DNA from: Acidobacteriota bacterium
GTDB lineage: Bacteria; Acidobacteriota; UBA890; WLXD01
Direction of reading: 5' to 3'
Length of the DNA stretch: 64,000 bases
Assembly: GCA_965205505.1 (NCBI GenBank)
Contig: CBDBHB010000006.1
Span: 288,001 to 352,000 of the forward strand
Below, piece by piece: positions 56,109 to 64,000 of the stretch. The position numbers were made by a program, and so were the translations under genes. Each line of letters opens with the position of its first letter. The stretch's first letter is position 1. Below the pieces are notes generated by a model. That model was not told where the DNA came from. It did not search any database and saw only the letters and a program-made list of their open reading frames with translations.

Positions 56109-58433
56109 TCAGCCCGTCGTGAGCATTCCGGCCGCGATGCCGGTGACGGTTTCGCGGAAGAGGCTTTGCTCAGCGCGGCTCCAGCGCGGCTTCGAGAGCA
56201 GCTCGATCTGCAGCAAGTTGAGCGGGTGGATCATCGGCGCCCGGTAGTGGATCGATTCCTCGAGCCAAGGTCGATCGGGCAGCAGGGTGCCTTCGGAGGT
56301 GGCTGAGCAGGCGAGCTCGACGGCGGCGGCATAGCTGCCATCGAGCTTGCGCGCCAGCTTGCGTACCGCCCGCGGCGCCAGCGCCCGGCGATAGGCGAGC
56401 CAGAGCTCGGGCTCGGTCTTGGCGAGGGTGAACGACAGCAGGCGCAGGTAGCTGCGCAGCAGCGGGTCGCGGCGCCGCGCCGAGGTCAGGCGCTTGACGG
56501 CGTCGCGCGATTCGGCCAGCCGGCTCCACGCTTCGCCGATTCCGAGCCAGGCGTGGAGCAGAAGCCGCGTCTGAGTCCAGCACAGCACCCACGGAATGGC
56601 GCGCAGCTTCTCGAGACCCGCCTTCTCGGCGGCGCCTGCGCGCCGCGTGGGACGTGAGCCGATCGTCAGCGCTTGGAGCCGCGCGTAGGGCGTCGCGTCG
56701 CGGAGCAGGTCGTGGAACGTCTCGGAGCCGACGAGCTCGGCGAAGACGCGCTCCGAGCTTTCCGCCAGCTCGGCGGCGAGCTTGCCGACGCCGCGATAGG
56801 CGGGCGGGTCGGTCTGGATCGAAGCCACCTTGTGCACGAGACTGCGGAGAATTTCCGGTGTCGCCAGGGTGCGCTCGATCATCTCCCCCTGGAGCGTGTG
56901 CTTGTACAGCGAAAGCGCGGCGGGCGGCCAGGTCGCCGCCAGGTCGTCGATCGTGCCCCCGCCCCGCCCGACGCTGCCGCCGGAGCCATGGAAGAAAACC
57001 ATCCGCACGTCCTGCCGCTCGGCCCAGGCCCCCAGCTCGCGCATTGCTCGATGGACCCCGACTCGGCTGGCCAGCATGCCCATGCGCTTGGCCGTGTCGG
57101 AGTAGCCAAGCATCACCTCGACCTGGCCCCGCCGACGTGCGCAGGAGCGGAACTCGCGATCCGTCCAGGCATCGCTGAGAATCCCGCGAGCCCGCGCGAT
57201 CACCTCGGGCAACTCGAAGAGCGGGATCACCGGGATGAGCGGCCGGCCAAGCATCCGCGTCACGAGGCGCTGCGCCTGAATCAGGTCAGATCCCTCGGAC
57301 GTCATGCTCACCACGCAGCCGCGCGCGTACCAGTCGACCTGCCCGCCGTCGGCGATTCGACCCAGAGTGCGCAGCATGGCGGCGATCGGGGTGCCGCGCT
57401 CGAACCGGCCGCGCTCCTCGCGCAGCTCCAGCGGCACGACGAGCGCGGGGAAGACGTCGAGCAGCGTGGCCAGGCTCGTCACCTGCGGCTGCTCGGCCGA
57501 CAGACGGCGCCGGTAGGCCGACTGGAAGCGCTGGACGCTTCGCTGGAGCTTCAGGATGCGGCCGCCGTCGCCGGCCCTCACCCTGCGGACCGCTGCGAGC
57601 GCCTCTTCGAGGCCCGCCTGCGCCCGATCGACCGGCAGGCTGCCGAGCAACGCGGCGTCCTCGCGAACCGCCGCCATCAGGCCGGTCTCCACGAACTCGA
57701 GAAATCGCTGCCGAGCGAGCTGCAGCGACGCCCGGCTCTGGGCTGCTCCCACGCCCGGATGCCCGTCCTTGTCGCCCCCGACCCAGGTGCGCAGCAGCAA
57801 CCGGTGGCCCGAGGCGTTGAGCGCGACGATCTCGTCGAGGATCGGGTCGGTGAGTAGCGAGTACAGGTGCGCCGCCTCGTCCTCGACCGTCGGCTTGTGC
57901 GGCGGGTGCGTGCCGACGCGCCAGGCGAGCTGGAGAAGGTTGCCGAGCTGCGATCGGTCGATGGGTCGACCCGCCTCCAGCGATTCCACCAGCAGATCCT
58001 GGACGCGGCGCAGCAGCCGGATGTTCTCCGGCGAGCGCGACTCGGTGGGATGCGCCGTCAGCACGAAGGTCATGCACGCCCGCGCCTCCGACGGCGCGCG
58101 GCGGCGTTCGCGCAGCCGATGGGTCCGGAAGGCGTTCTCGCACACGTTCACCAGCTCCAGGTAAAGGGTGTAGGCGCGAGCCACCAGCAGCTGGCGTTTT
58201 ACCGGGAGGGCGACAAGCCGTCGCCTGCCGCGCGCGAGCGCACCGGCACGCCCGCGTCGACTCGAAGCTTCGCGGAACGCGACCATGTCGCGCCGCACCC
58301 GCTCGATGATCTCGTAGAGCTCGGCGCCCTCGGCCACGGCCACGACCTCGCCGAGGATCGCCTGGACATCGCCCACCAGCGTTCGCAGCGCCGGCGGCAG
58401 ATATTGCGGTTCTTTCATTCGGTTACTGGCCAA
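56109..58433 (-). CDS. ppc: Phosphoenolpyruvate carboxylase, short divergent form
   Basis: LTAHPTE, WVGGDKDGHP, IPLFE, VMLGYSD, FHGSGGSVGRGG, TLQGE, IGSRP, LRAIPWV, C-terminal GIAAGMLTTG. Start could be ATG 58418. Confidence 0.85.
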   Translation of the reverse strand: MASNRMKEPQYLPPALRTLVGDVQAILGEVVAVAEGAELYEIIERVRRDMVAFREASSRRGRAGALARGRRRLVALPVKRQLLVARAYTLYLELVNVCENAFRTHRLRERRRAPSEARACMTFVLTAHPTESRSPENIRLLRRVQDLLVESLEAGRPIDRSQLGNLLQLAWRVGTHPPHKPTVEDEAAHLYSLLTDPILDEIVALNASGHRLLLRTWVGGDKDGHPGVGAAQSRASLQLARQRFLEFVETGLMAAVREDAALLGSLPVDRAQAGLEEALAAVRRVRAGDGGRILKLQRSVQRFQSAYRRRLSAEQPQVTSLATLLDVFPALVVPLELREERGRFERGTPIAAMLRTLGRIADGGQVDWYARGCVVSMTSEGSDLIQAQRLVTRMLGRPLIPVIPLFELPEVIARARGILSDAWTDREFRSCARRRGQVEVMLGYSDTAKRMGMLASRVGVHRAMRELGAWAERQDVRMVFFHGSGGSVGRGGGTIDDLAATWPPAALSLYKHTLQGEMIERTLATPEILRSLVHKVASIQTDPPAYRGVGKLAAELAESSERVFAELVGSETFHDLLRDATPYARLQALTIGSRPTRRAGAAEKAGLEKLRAIPWVLCWTQTRLLLHAWLGIGEAWSRLAESRDAVKRLTSARRRDPLLRSYLRLLSFTLAKTEPELWLAYRRALAPRAVRKLARKLDGSYAAAVELACSATSEGTLLPDRPWLEESIHYRAPMIHPLNLLQIELLSKPRWSRAEQSLFRETVTGIAAGMLTTG

Positions 58434-58561
58434 TGCCTCCCCCCGTTCCGCGGCTCGACTTGATCATAAGAGGCTGGCCGACGGTGTGGAGAATCGAAGT
58501 CAGTTGACGTAGGTCGGCGCCGCGATAGTTGCCGGGCGTCGTTTCGGCAGGCGCTCTCCGC

Positions 58562-59488
58562 TCAGACAGGATCGCGCCGCAACGGCTGCGCCATGCAGTG
58601 CACGCCACCACCGCCCTTGGCGAACATCGACACGTCGGGGTCGTAGACCTCGAATCCCATGGCGCGCAGGCGCGCGTTCAGGTCGGTGCTTTCGGCGGTA
58701 GAGAGGATGCGATCGTTGCCCAGCGACATGACGTTGCAGCCGAGCGTCATGGTGTCCTGAAAGCTCACCGGCACGATCTCGATGCCCTTGGCCTCGAGCC
58801 AGTTGACGATCGACGGTTCGGTGGTCTCCAGGCACACGGCGCAGGCCTTCTCGGCGAGCATGCAGACCATCAGGTCGATGTGCACGTAGAACGGGTCGAT
58901 CGGGGCGTAGCGAACCTCCCAGCCCTCGGCCTCCATCCAGCCGCCGATCTGTTTTGCGGCGACCTCCTCGCAGCGAAATCCGGTATAGCCGATGAGCACG
59001 CAGTCGGGGCCGATGATGTTGAAGTCGCCGCCCTCGAAATTGCCCGCCGACACCAGGTCGTAGAGCGGGATCCCAGCGCTGGCATAGAACCGCAGGACCG
59101 AGGCGTACTCACCGCGCCTTCGCGGGTTGGCGAGCTGGCAGACGACGGCGCCGTAGGGCGTCATGAAGCTGGAGTCGCGCGCGTATACCTGGTACGGGGT
59201 GGACTCGTCGACCTCGAGCAGGTGCACGGTCACTCCCGCGGATCGATACGCATCCACCATCTCGACGTGCTGCCGCGTCGCCAGCTCGTGGTCGAATTTC
59301 TCGCCTGACTCCAGCGTGGCGCGCGAGATCGAGCTGAACTGAGCGTTGTCCGCCATCCAGTAGAAGCTGTCCGGCGGCCCCAGCAGCACGTCGCGCAGAG
59401 CGCCGTGCTCGGAGCTGATACCCCAGTCGTCGAGGGCCGGCGTGTTGCCGCCCGGGTGTCGTGTTCTGAAAGATGTGTCGCTCATCAT
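58562..59488 (-). CDS. Amidinotransferase/dimethylarginine dimethylaminohydrolase (pentein) family protein
   Basis: SEHGALRDVLL, YARD, RRGE, EGGD, HID, C-terminal KGGGGVHCM catalytic Cys. Confidence 0.88.
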   Translation of the reverse strand: MMSDTSFRTRHPGGNTPALDDWGISSEHGALRDVLLGPPDSFYWMADNAQFSSISRATLESGEKFDHELATRQHVEMVDAYRSAGVTVHLLEVDESTPYQVYARDSSFMTPYGAVVCQLANPRRRGEYASVLRFYASAGIPLYDLVSAGNFEGGDFNIIGPDCVLIGYTGFRCEEVAAKQIGGWMEAEGWEVRYAPIDPFYVHIDLMVCMLAEKACAVCLETTEPSIVNWLEAKGIEIVPVSFQDTMTLGCNVMSLGNDRILSTAESTDLNARLRAMGFEVYDPDVSMFAKGGGGVHCMAQPLRRDPV

Positions 59489-59686
59489 TTGCTCGCGATC
59501 GGATCGGAGCTCGATCTGGAAGCGCCATGCGCCTCCCGGGAATTCTGGCTCTAGGCGCTCCGTATACTCGCACGGTTCGCGTCGGCGGTGGGGGGCCGGT
59601 ACCATCCGCGCACCGTGGAATCTCCCCCCGTGCGCGCGAGAGGATGACGGACAACGTCCATCAAAGGCTGAAGGAAGCGTGACGCC

Positions 59687-60859
59687 ATGGAATTCCAGCT
59701 ATCCGATGAGCAGGAGATGGTCGTCGAGACCGTCCGCGCCTTCGTCGAAAAAGAGCTCGTTCCGCACGAGGAGGAAGTCGAACGCACCTGCGAGCTATCG
59801 GACGAGCTGCGCCAGCAAATACGAAAGGCGGCGATGGACGCCGGGCTTTGGGCCGCCAACATGCCCGAGGAGTTGGGCGGCGGTGGACTCGATACCGTGA
59901 CCCACATGCTCCTGGAGCGGGAGCTCGGTCGCACCAACCTGGCGCTGCACTGGGAAGTCTACCGACCAAGCAACATCCTACAGGGCGGCACGCCCGAGCA
60001 GATCGAGGAATACCTCATGCCGTGCATTCGCGGCGAGCGCTTCGACTGCGTCTCGATGAGCGAGCCCGACGCCGGCTCCGATGTTCGCGGTATCACCACG
60101 CGTGCCGTCCAGGACGGCGATGACTGGGTGATCAACGGCTCCAAGCACTTCGCGTCCTATGCCGACGTGGCCGACTTCATCATCCTGTTCGTCTCCACCG
60201 GGGTCGACGAGACGCCGCGCGGCCCGAAGGCCCGCATTACGACGTTCTTGGTCGACAAGGGCACCCCGGGGTTCACCTGGCACCGCGGCTCCCAGGCCGT
60301 AGGGCTTCGCGGTTTCCACCACTGCGAGCTCTTCTTCGACGACTGCCGCGTTCCGGCCTCGAAGGTGCTCGGTGAGGAGGGCAAGGGATTCGATCTGGCC
60401 AATACCTGGCTGTCGGCGGCGCGCATCGGCACCTCGGCGAACTCCATTGGCAAAGCACGGCGTGCTCTGGAGATAGCCACCGAGTGGGCCGCCACGCGCA
60501 AGCAGTTCGGCCAATCCATTGGCCGCTTCCAGGGCGTGTCGTTCAAGCTCGCCGACATGGCCACCGAGCTCGAGGCGGCCGAGCTGCTGACGTTTCGAGC
60601 CGCTTGGAAGCACGACCAGGGAACGATGACCGAGCAGGACGCCGCCATGGCAAAGCTCTACACCAGCGAGATGCTCGGGCGTGTGACCGACGAGGCGTTG
60701 CAGATCTTCGGCGGCATGGGTTTGGTGTCGGAGCTGCCGCTGGAGCGCATGTGGCGCGACGCTCGCGTCGAGCGGATCTGGGAGGGGACCAGCGAGATCC
60801 AGCGCCATATCATCGGGCGCATGCTGTTGCGTCCGCACGAACAGCGGGCCGGATCGTAG
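59687..60859 (+). CDS. Acyl-CoA dehydrogenase
   Basis: SMSEPDAGSD, NGSKHF, RKQFGQSIGRFQGVSFKLADM, LQIFGGMG, RIWEGTSEIQR. Confidence 0.95.
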   Translation: MEFQLSDEQEMVVETVRAFVEKELVPHEEEVERTCELSDELRQQIRKAAMDAGLWAANMPEELGGGGLDTVTHMLLERELGRTNLALHWEVYRPSNILQGGTPEQIEEYLMPCIRGERFDCVSMSEPDAGSDVRGITTRAVQDGDDWVINGSKHFASYADVADFIILFVSTGVDETPRGPKARITTFLVDKGTPGFTWHRGSQAVGLRGFHHCELFFDDCRVPASKVLGEEGKGFDLANTWLSAARIGTSANSIGKARRALEIATEWAATRKQFGQSIGRFQGVSFKLADMATELEAAELLTFRAAWKHDQGTMTEQDAAMAKLYTSEMLGRVTDEALQIFGGMGLVSELPLERMWRDARVERIWEGTSEIQRHIIGRMLLRPHEQRAGS

Positions 60860-60922
60860 TCGCGTGTTCTCGGTTCTGGCGATCTCGGCGCTGCTGCCGC
60901 TGCAATCGGGTCCGGGGTCGCC

Positions 60923-62170
60923 TTGAGCGTGGCGGACGACCTGCGCGTCGACGGTGGGCGCCTGCTGTCGAGCCTGATGGAGATGGCGTCGATCGGAGCC
61001 ACCCCGAAGGGCGGCGTCGACCGTCAGGCGCTGACGGACGGCGACCGAGAAGCGCGAGATTTGTTTGCCCGCTGGTGCGCAGATGCCGGCTGCAGCTTGA
61101 CCGTGGACGCGATGGGAAACATGTTCGCCCGTCGTCCAGGCGCCGACGACACCCTGCCGCCGGTGGCCATGGCCAGCCATCTCGACAGCCAGCCAACCGG
61201 TGGAAAGTACGACGGCGCCTACGGCGTGCTCGCTGGCCTGGAGGCAGTACGCACGCTCAACGACGACGGCGTGCAGACCGAGGCGGCGCTCGAGGTGATC
61301 AACTGGACCAACGAGGAAGGCGCCCGCTTTCCTCCAGCGATGATCTCATCGGGAGCGTTCGCCGGCGTGTTCGACCTCGAATATGCCTGGAGCCGCGCCG
61401 ATCACCAAGGGTTGACCATCGGCCAGGAGCTGGATCGGATCGGCTACCGCGGCGACGAGACGGTCGGCGACCACCCCCTGGGGGCGTGTTTCGAGCTGCA
61501 CATCGAGCAGGGTCCGATTCTTGAGCGCGCTGCTACCCCGGTCGGCATCGTCACCGGCGTGCAGGGCATGCGCTGGTACGACGTCGCGCTGACCGGTGAC
61601 CAGGCGCACGCTGGGCCCACCCCGATGGAGATGCGTCGCGATGCGCTCGCCGGAGCCGCGTCGCTGCTATCGAAGATCTACGCGCTGGCAACCGATCGGG
61701 CGCCGTCGGGACGGGCAACGGTCGGCGAGCTGCACACCGGCAGGGGGTCGCGAAACACGGTTCCGGCGAGTGTGAAGTTCACCGTCGATATTCGACATCC
61801 CGAGGAAGCCGAGCTCGAGGCGATGGATGCAGGTCTCCGCGCGGCTGCCGCTGAAGTGGCCGCCGCTGCTCGGCTGGAGTATTCGATCGACCACATCTGG
61901 TCCGCCGCTCCGGTGGCGTTCGACTCCGGTTGTATCGCCGCGGTGCGCCAAGCTGCCGAGACCGTCGGCTGCGCGGCGATGGAGATCGTCAGCGGTGCCG
62001 GACACGATGCGGTTTACGTCTCCCGGGTCGCACCCACGAGCATGATCTTCGTGCCCTGTGAGGGCGGGATCAGCCACAACGAAGCCGAGCACGCCGAGCC
62101 TGACGATCTCGAGGCCGGCGCCAATGTCCTGCTGCACGCGGCGCTAGCTCGTGCTGGAATAGCAGGCTAG
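60923..62170 (+). CDS. Zn-dependent N-carbamoyl-amino acid amidohydrolase/beta-ureidopropionase (peptidase M20)
   Basis: SHLDSQPTGGKYDG, WTNEEGARF, ELHIEQGP, HAGPTPM, SGAGHDA, GISHNEAE. Confidence 0.92.
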   Translation: MSVADDLRVDGGRLLSSLMEMASIGATPKGGVDRQALTDGDREARDLFARWCADAGCSLTVDAMGNMFARRPGADDTLPPVAMASHLDSQPTGGKYDGAYGVLAGLEAVRTLNDDGVQTEAALEVINWTNEEGARFPPAMISSGAFAGVFDLEYAWSRADHQGLTIGQELDRIGYRGDETVGDHPLGACFELHIEQGPILERAATPVGIVTGVQGMRWYDVALTGDQAHAGPTPMEMRRDALAGAASLLSKIYALATDRAPSGRATVGELHTGRGSRNTVPASVKFTVDIRHPEEAELEAMDAGLRAAAAEVAAAARLEYSIDHIWSAAPVAFDSGCIAAVRQAAETVGCAAMEIVSGAGHDAVYVSRVAPTSMIFVPCEGGISHNEAEHAEPDDLEAGANVLLHAALARAGIAG

Positions 62171-62191
62171 TCCTACTGATCATGAGTACGG
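62167..62191 (+). repeat. Degenerate copy of the element B terminal repeat
   Basis: ctagtcctactgatcatgagtacgg versus TIR ctagtgctcctgatcataagtacgg (3 mismatches in 25 bp). Begins at the CTAG containing the amidohydrolase stop codon. Confidence 0.75.
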
Positions 62192-62193
62192 CA

Positions 62194-62470
62194 CTAGTGC
62201 TCCTGATCATAAGTACGGTGACGTTTGTGGCGCGCGACCGGGGCGAATTGTAGGAGCGGCGACGAGGGCGATGCTGGGTGTATCGTCGAGGCGCCGCGAC
62301 GCCCAAGGTGGCCGGTCCCGCGGCCACCCGGAGGGCAGGAGCGATATGCGGGCGATCTCGGCGTCAAGGCTCGTCGAGGATGGCTAAGGCATCGCCTTCC
62401 TCACCCTTCCTTGATCTCGCCCGCATCTCGCTCCTGCAAACGTCACCGTACTTATGATCAGGAGCACTAG
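62194..62470. mobile_element. Non-autonomous MITE-like element B (277 bp) with perfect terminal inverted repeats ending in CTAG
   Basis: actagtgctcctgatcataagtacggtgacgtttg (62193-62227) is the exact reverse complement of 62437-62471. Internal hairpins. The right CTAG contains the stop codon of the methyltransferase gene. Confidence 0.85.
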
Positions 62471-63258
62471 TCTTCGGGTTTCACCGCGCGCAGGTGGGTC
62501 GGGCGTAGCTCGCCGCTATCCAGCACCACGGTCATCGCGCGCCATACCTCGATCTCTCGCCGCGCGTTCTCATCACCCAGTAGCTCGTGCACGCGCTCGT
62601 TCAGATCGCCGCCTGCCGCAATTCGGGCATGCTCGATGCGGGCGACTTCACGATACCAGCGGTTCCGGTCAGTCAGTGATCCGGTACCGAAGCCGCTCGC
62701 CGCGAACGCCTCCTCGTAGTCTTTGGGCGAGGCGGGAAAAAATCCGAGTCCCTCGCTTTCGATCCAGTGGCGCATGGCGGGCGTCGGGGGCTCGTCGTCG
62801 CGACGCAGCCAATCGCTGGCAACGAAGCGCCCACCGGGTCGCAGCACTCGGAACACATCGTCGATGAATGGTGCTTTGTCGGGAATATGAAGGACAGCGT
62901 CCTTGCTGAAGACGACGTCGATCGATTCGTCAGCAACCAACAGGGGCCCTGGCTCCACCGTCCGAAAGTCGAGCTGATGCGTCAAGCGCTCGCGCTCGGC
63001 CCGGGCGATGGCGCGTTCGATCAAGGCCGGGTCGACGTCGACGCCCAGAACCCTGGCAGCGCCGTGGTTGCGAACGAGCTCGACGTCGATGCCACCGGTG
63101 CCGCAGCCCACGTCGAGGACCTCGAGTCGCGTCAGATCGATGCCCACCAAGAGGAGCGCGACCTCCACCGGCCCGCCGGGCGACATGTACCCCTCACCCC
63201 AGACCAGCTCCAACAGGCCGAGGATGTCGTTGTAGTCCATTGTCCCGTCGTGGCTCAT
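62467..63258 (-). CDS. Class I SAM-dependent methyltransferase (phosphoethanolamine/amine N-methyltransferase-like)
   Basis: LELVWGEGYMSPGG, VLDVGCGTGG, DVVFSKDAVLHIPDK, LRPGGRFVASDW. Confidence 0.85.
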   Translation of the reverse strand: MSHDGTMDYNDILGLLELVWGEGYMSPGGPVEVALLLVGIDLTRLEVLDVGCGTGGIDVELVRNHGAARVLGVDVDPALIERAIARAERERLTHQLDFRTVEPGPLLVADESIDVVFSKDAVLHIPDKAPFIDDVFRVLRPGGRFVASDWLRRDDEPPTPAMRHWIESEGLGFFPASPKDYEEAFAASGFGTGSLTDRNRWYREVARIEHARIAAGGDLNERVHELLGDENARREIEVWRAMTVVLDSGELRPTHLRAVKPED

Positions 63259-63336
63259 GGCCACCCAGCATATCGGCCCGCCAGAGCCATCGGAGTAGAC
63301 TCCCTGGATTCATTTCAATTCGCATAAGGTGAGCCG

Positions 63337-64000
63337 ATGCGTTTCGATGATCTGGTCTGGATCCGTGACACGGTTGCCCTCACGACGGGTCGAGCCCGCA
63401 CAAGGCCGACGAGCGCAGTGGGCCTCCGCAGCGTATTCCGCTATGGGTCTCTGTTACTTGCCGCCGTCGTCCTCGCGGCCTGTGGTACGCCAGCCGAGCC
63501 GGCGAGCGACGACGTTACCGGGGGCTCCGGAGGCCCACCGAGCGCGCCGGGAGGCTCCGAGGGTTCCGGAGGCTCCGGGGGCCCGCTGAGCGGGCCCGGG
63601 GGCGACCTCAAAGGCCCCTACATGGAGCGCACCCTTCCTGCTTCGGATGGCACCGAGCGCCTCTGGTTGCTCCGGCTGCCCGCTGGCTACGAGGAAGGGA
63701 CGCTCGCCGACGTCGTCTTCAGCTTCCACGGCGCCGGCTCGAACGCCCTCTCCCAGTTCACCTACAGCGACTTCATGGAGCAAGCGGACCGAGATGGAGT
63801 CATCCTCGTGATGCCCAACGCCAACAACAGGACCTATCCCGACGAGACGCATCGGCTCGCTGGCTACTGGAGCAGGGCATGGGAGGCGAATCTGCGGGAG
63901 AGGGATTTCGACATCGACTTCATCCTCGAGCTGGTCGACCTCCTGCGCAGCGAGTACACCACCGGCGATTTCTTCGCCACCGGGATGTCAGCCGGCGGCG
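63337..64000 (+). CDS. LpqP/PHB-depolymerase-like alpha/beta esterase lipoprotein (partial, runs off the window)
   Basis: Manual translation: LLAAVVLAAC lipobox, Gly/Ser/Pro linker, RLWLLRLPAGY, FSFHGAGS, DIDFILELVD, FATGMSAGG nucleophile elbow at the window end. Start uncertain. Confidence 0.8.
   Translation, partial: MRFDDLVWIRDTVALTTGRARTRPTSAVGLRSVFRYGSLLLAAVVLAACGTPAEPASDDVTGGSGGPPSAPGGSEGSGGSGGPLSGPGGDLKGPYMERTLPASDGTERLWLLRLPAGYEEGTLADVVFSFHGAGSNALSQFTYSDFMEQADRDGVILVMPNANNRTYPDETHRLAGYWSRAWEANLRERDFDIDFILELVDLLRSEYTTGDFFATGMSAGG

Noticed and set aside
4811-61524. Many long antisense or alternate-frame ORFs (e.g. 4811-5836, 46731-48089, 56673-57857, 59978-61180)
   Set aside because: These are typical shadow ORFs of high-GC coding DNA that overlap well-supported genes.
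63518-63603. GGCTCCGGA-type short repeats as a possible array
   Set aside because: They encode a Gly/Ser/Pro linker after the lipobox of the esterase and have no spacers.
1-64000. CRISPR arrays, tRNA, rRNA, integrases, transposases and defence systems
   Set aside because: No repeat-spacer periodicity, RNA gene signatures or relevant protein motifs were found by eye. Small RNAs could have been missed without a covariance search.

Overview
High-GC bacterial window. The gene content (secretin with TPR, Oar-like TonB receptor, sulfatase-like/TPR proteins) suggests Acidobacteriota, which is an inference. Layout: (1) 1-8.2 kb: a minus-strand T2SS/type IV pilus-like operon (GspF, GspE, PilM, PilN, PilO-PilP-like, secretin running off the window). 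(2) 8.2-21.7 kb: a patchy accessory block with several deleted gene relics and an intact set of a COG1233 flavoprotein, a benzyl/geraniol-type alcohol dehydrogenase, an acyl-CoA ligase, and an exported linalool dehydratase/isomerase-like protein coupled to a DsbA/ScsC-like lipoprotein. (3) 21.7-33.1 kb: a TonB-dependent receptor, two TPR proteins and two sulfatase-fold/TPR proteins with Thr at the nucleophile position. (4) 33.4-63.3 kb: a large amine/polyamine and acyl-CoA catabolic region with a GcvT-like protein plus two COG1233 oxidoreductases, a BetI-like TetR with four candidate operators, a PotABCD-like transporter, a class III aminotransferase, a Rieske oxygenase, an ALDH, an ECH, two ACADs, two CocE/NonD hydrolases, a divergent short PEP carboxylase, an amidinotransferase, an M20 amidohydrolase and a methyltransferase. 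The strongest non-coding signal is a pair of ~278-bp CTAG-bounded elements (38998-39276 and 62194-62470). Their perfect terminal inverted repeats are unrelated in sequence, but their internal two-hairpin architecture and spacing are nearly identical. Three single-base frameshifts lie in homopolymers and look like long-read errors. No rRNA, tRNA, CRISPR array or transposase was seen. All calls come from reading motifs by eye; no database searches were run.
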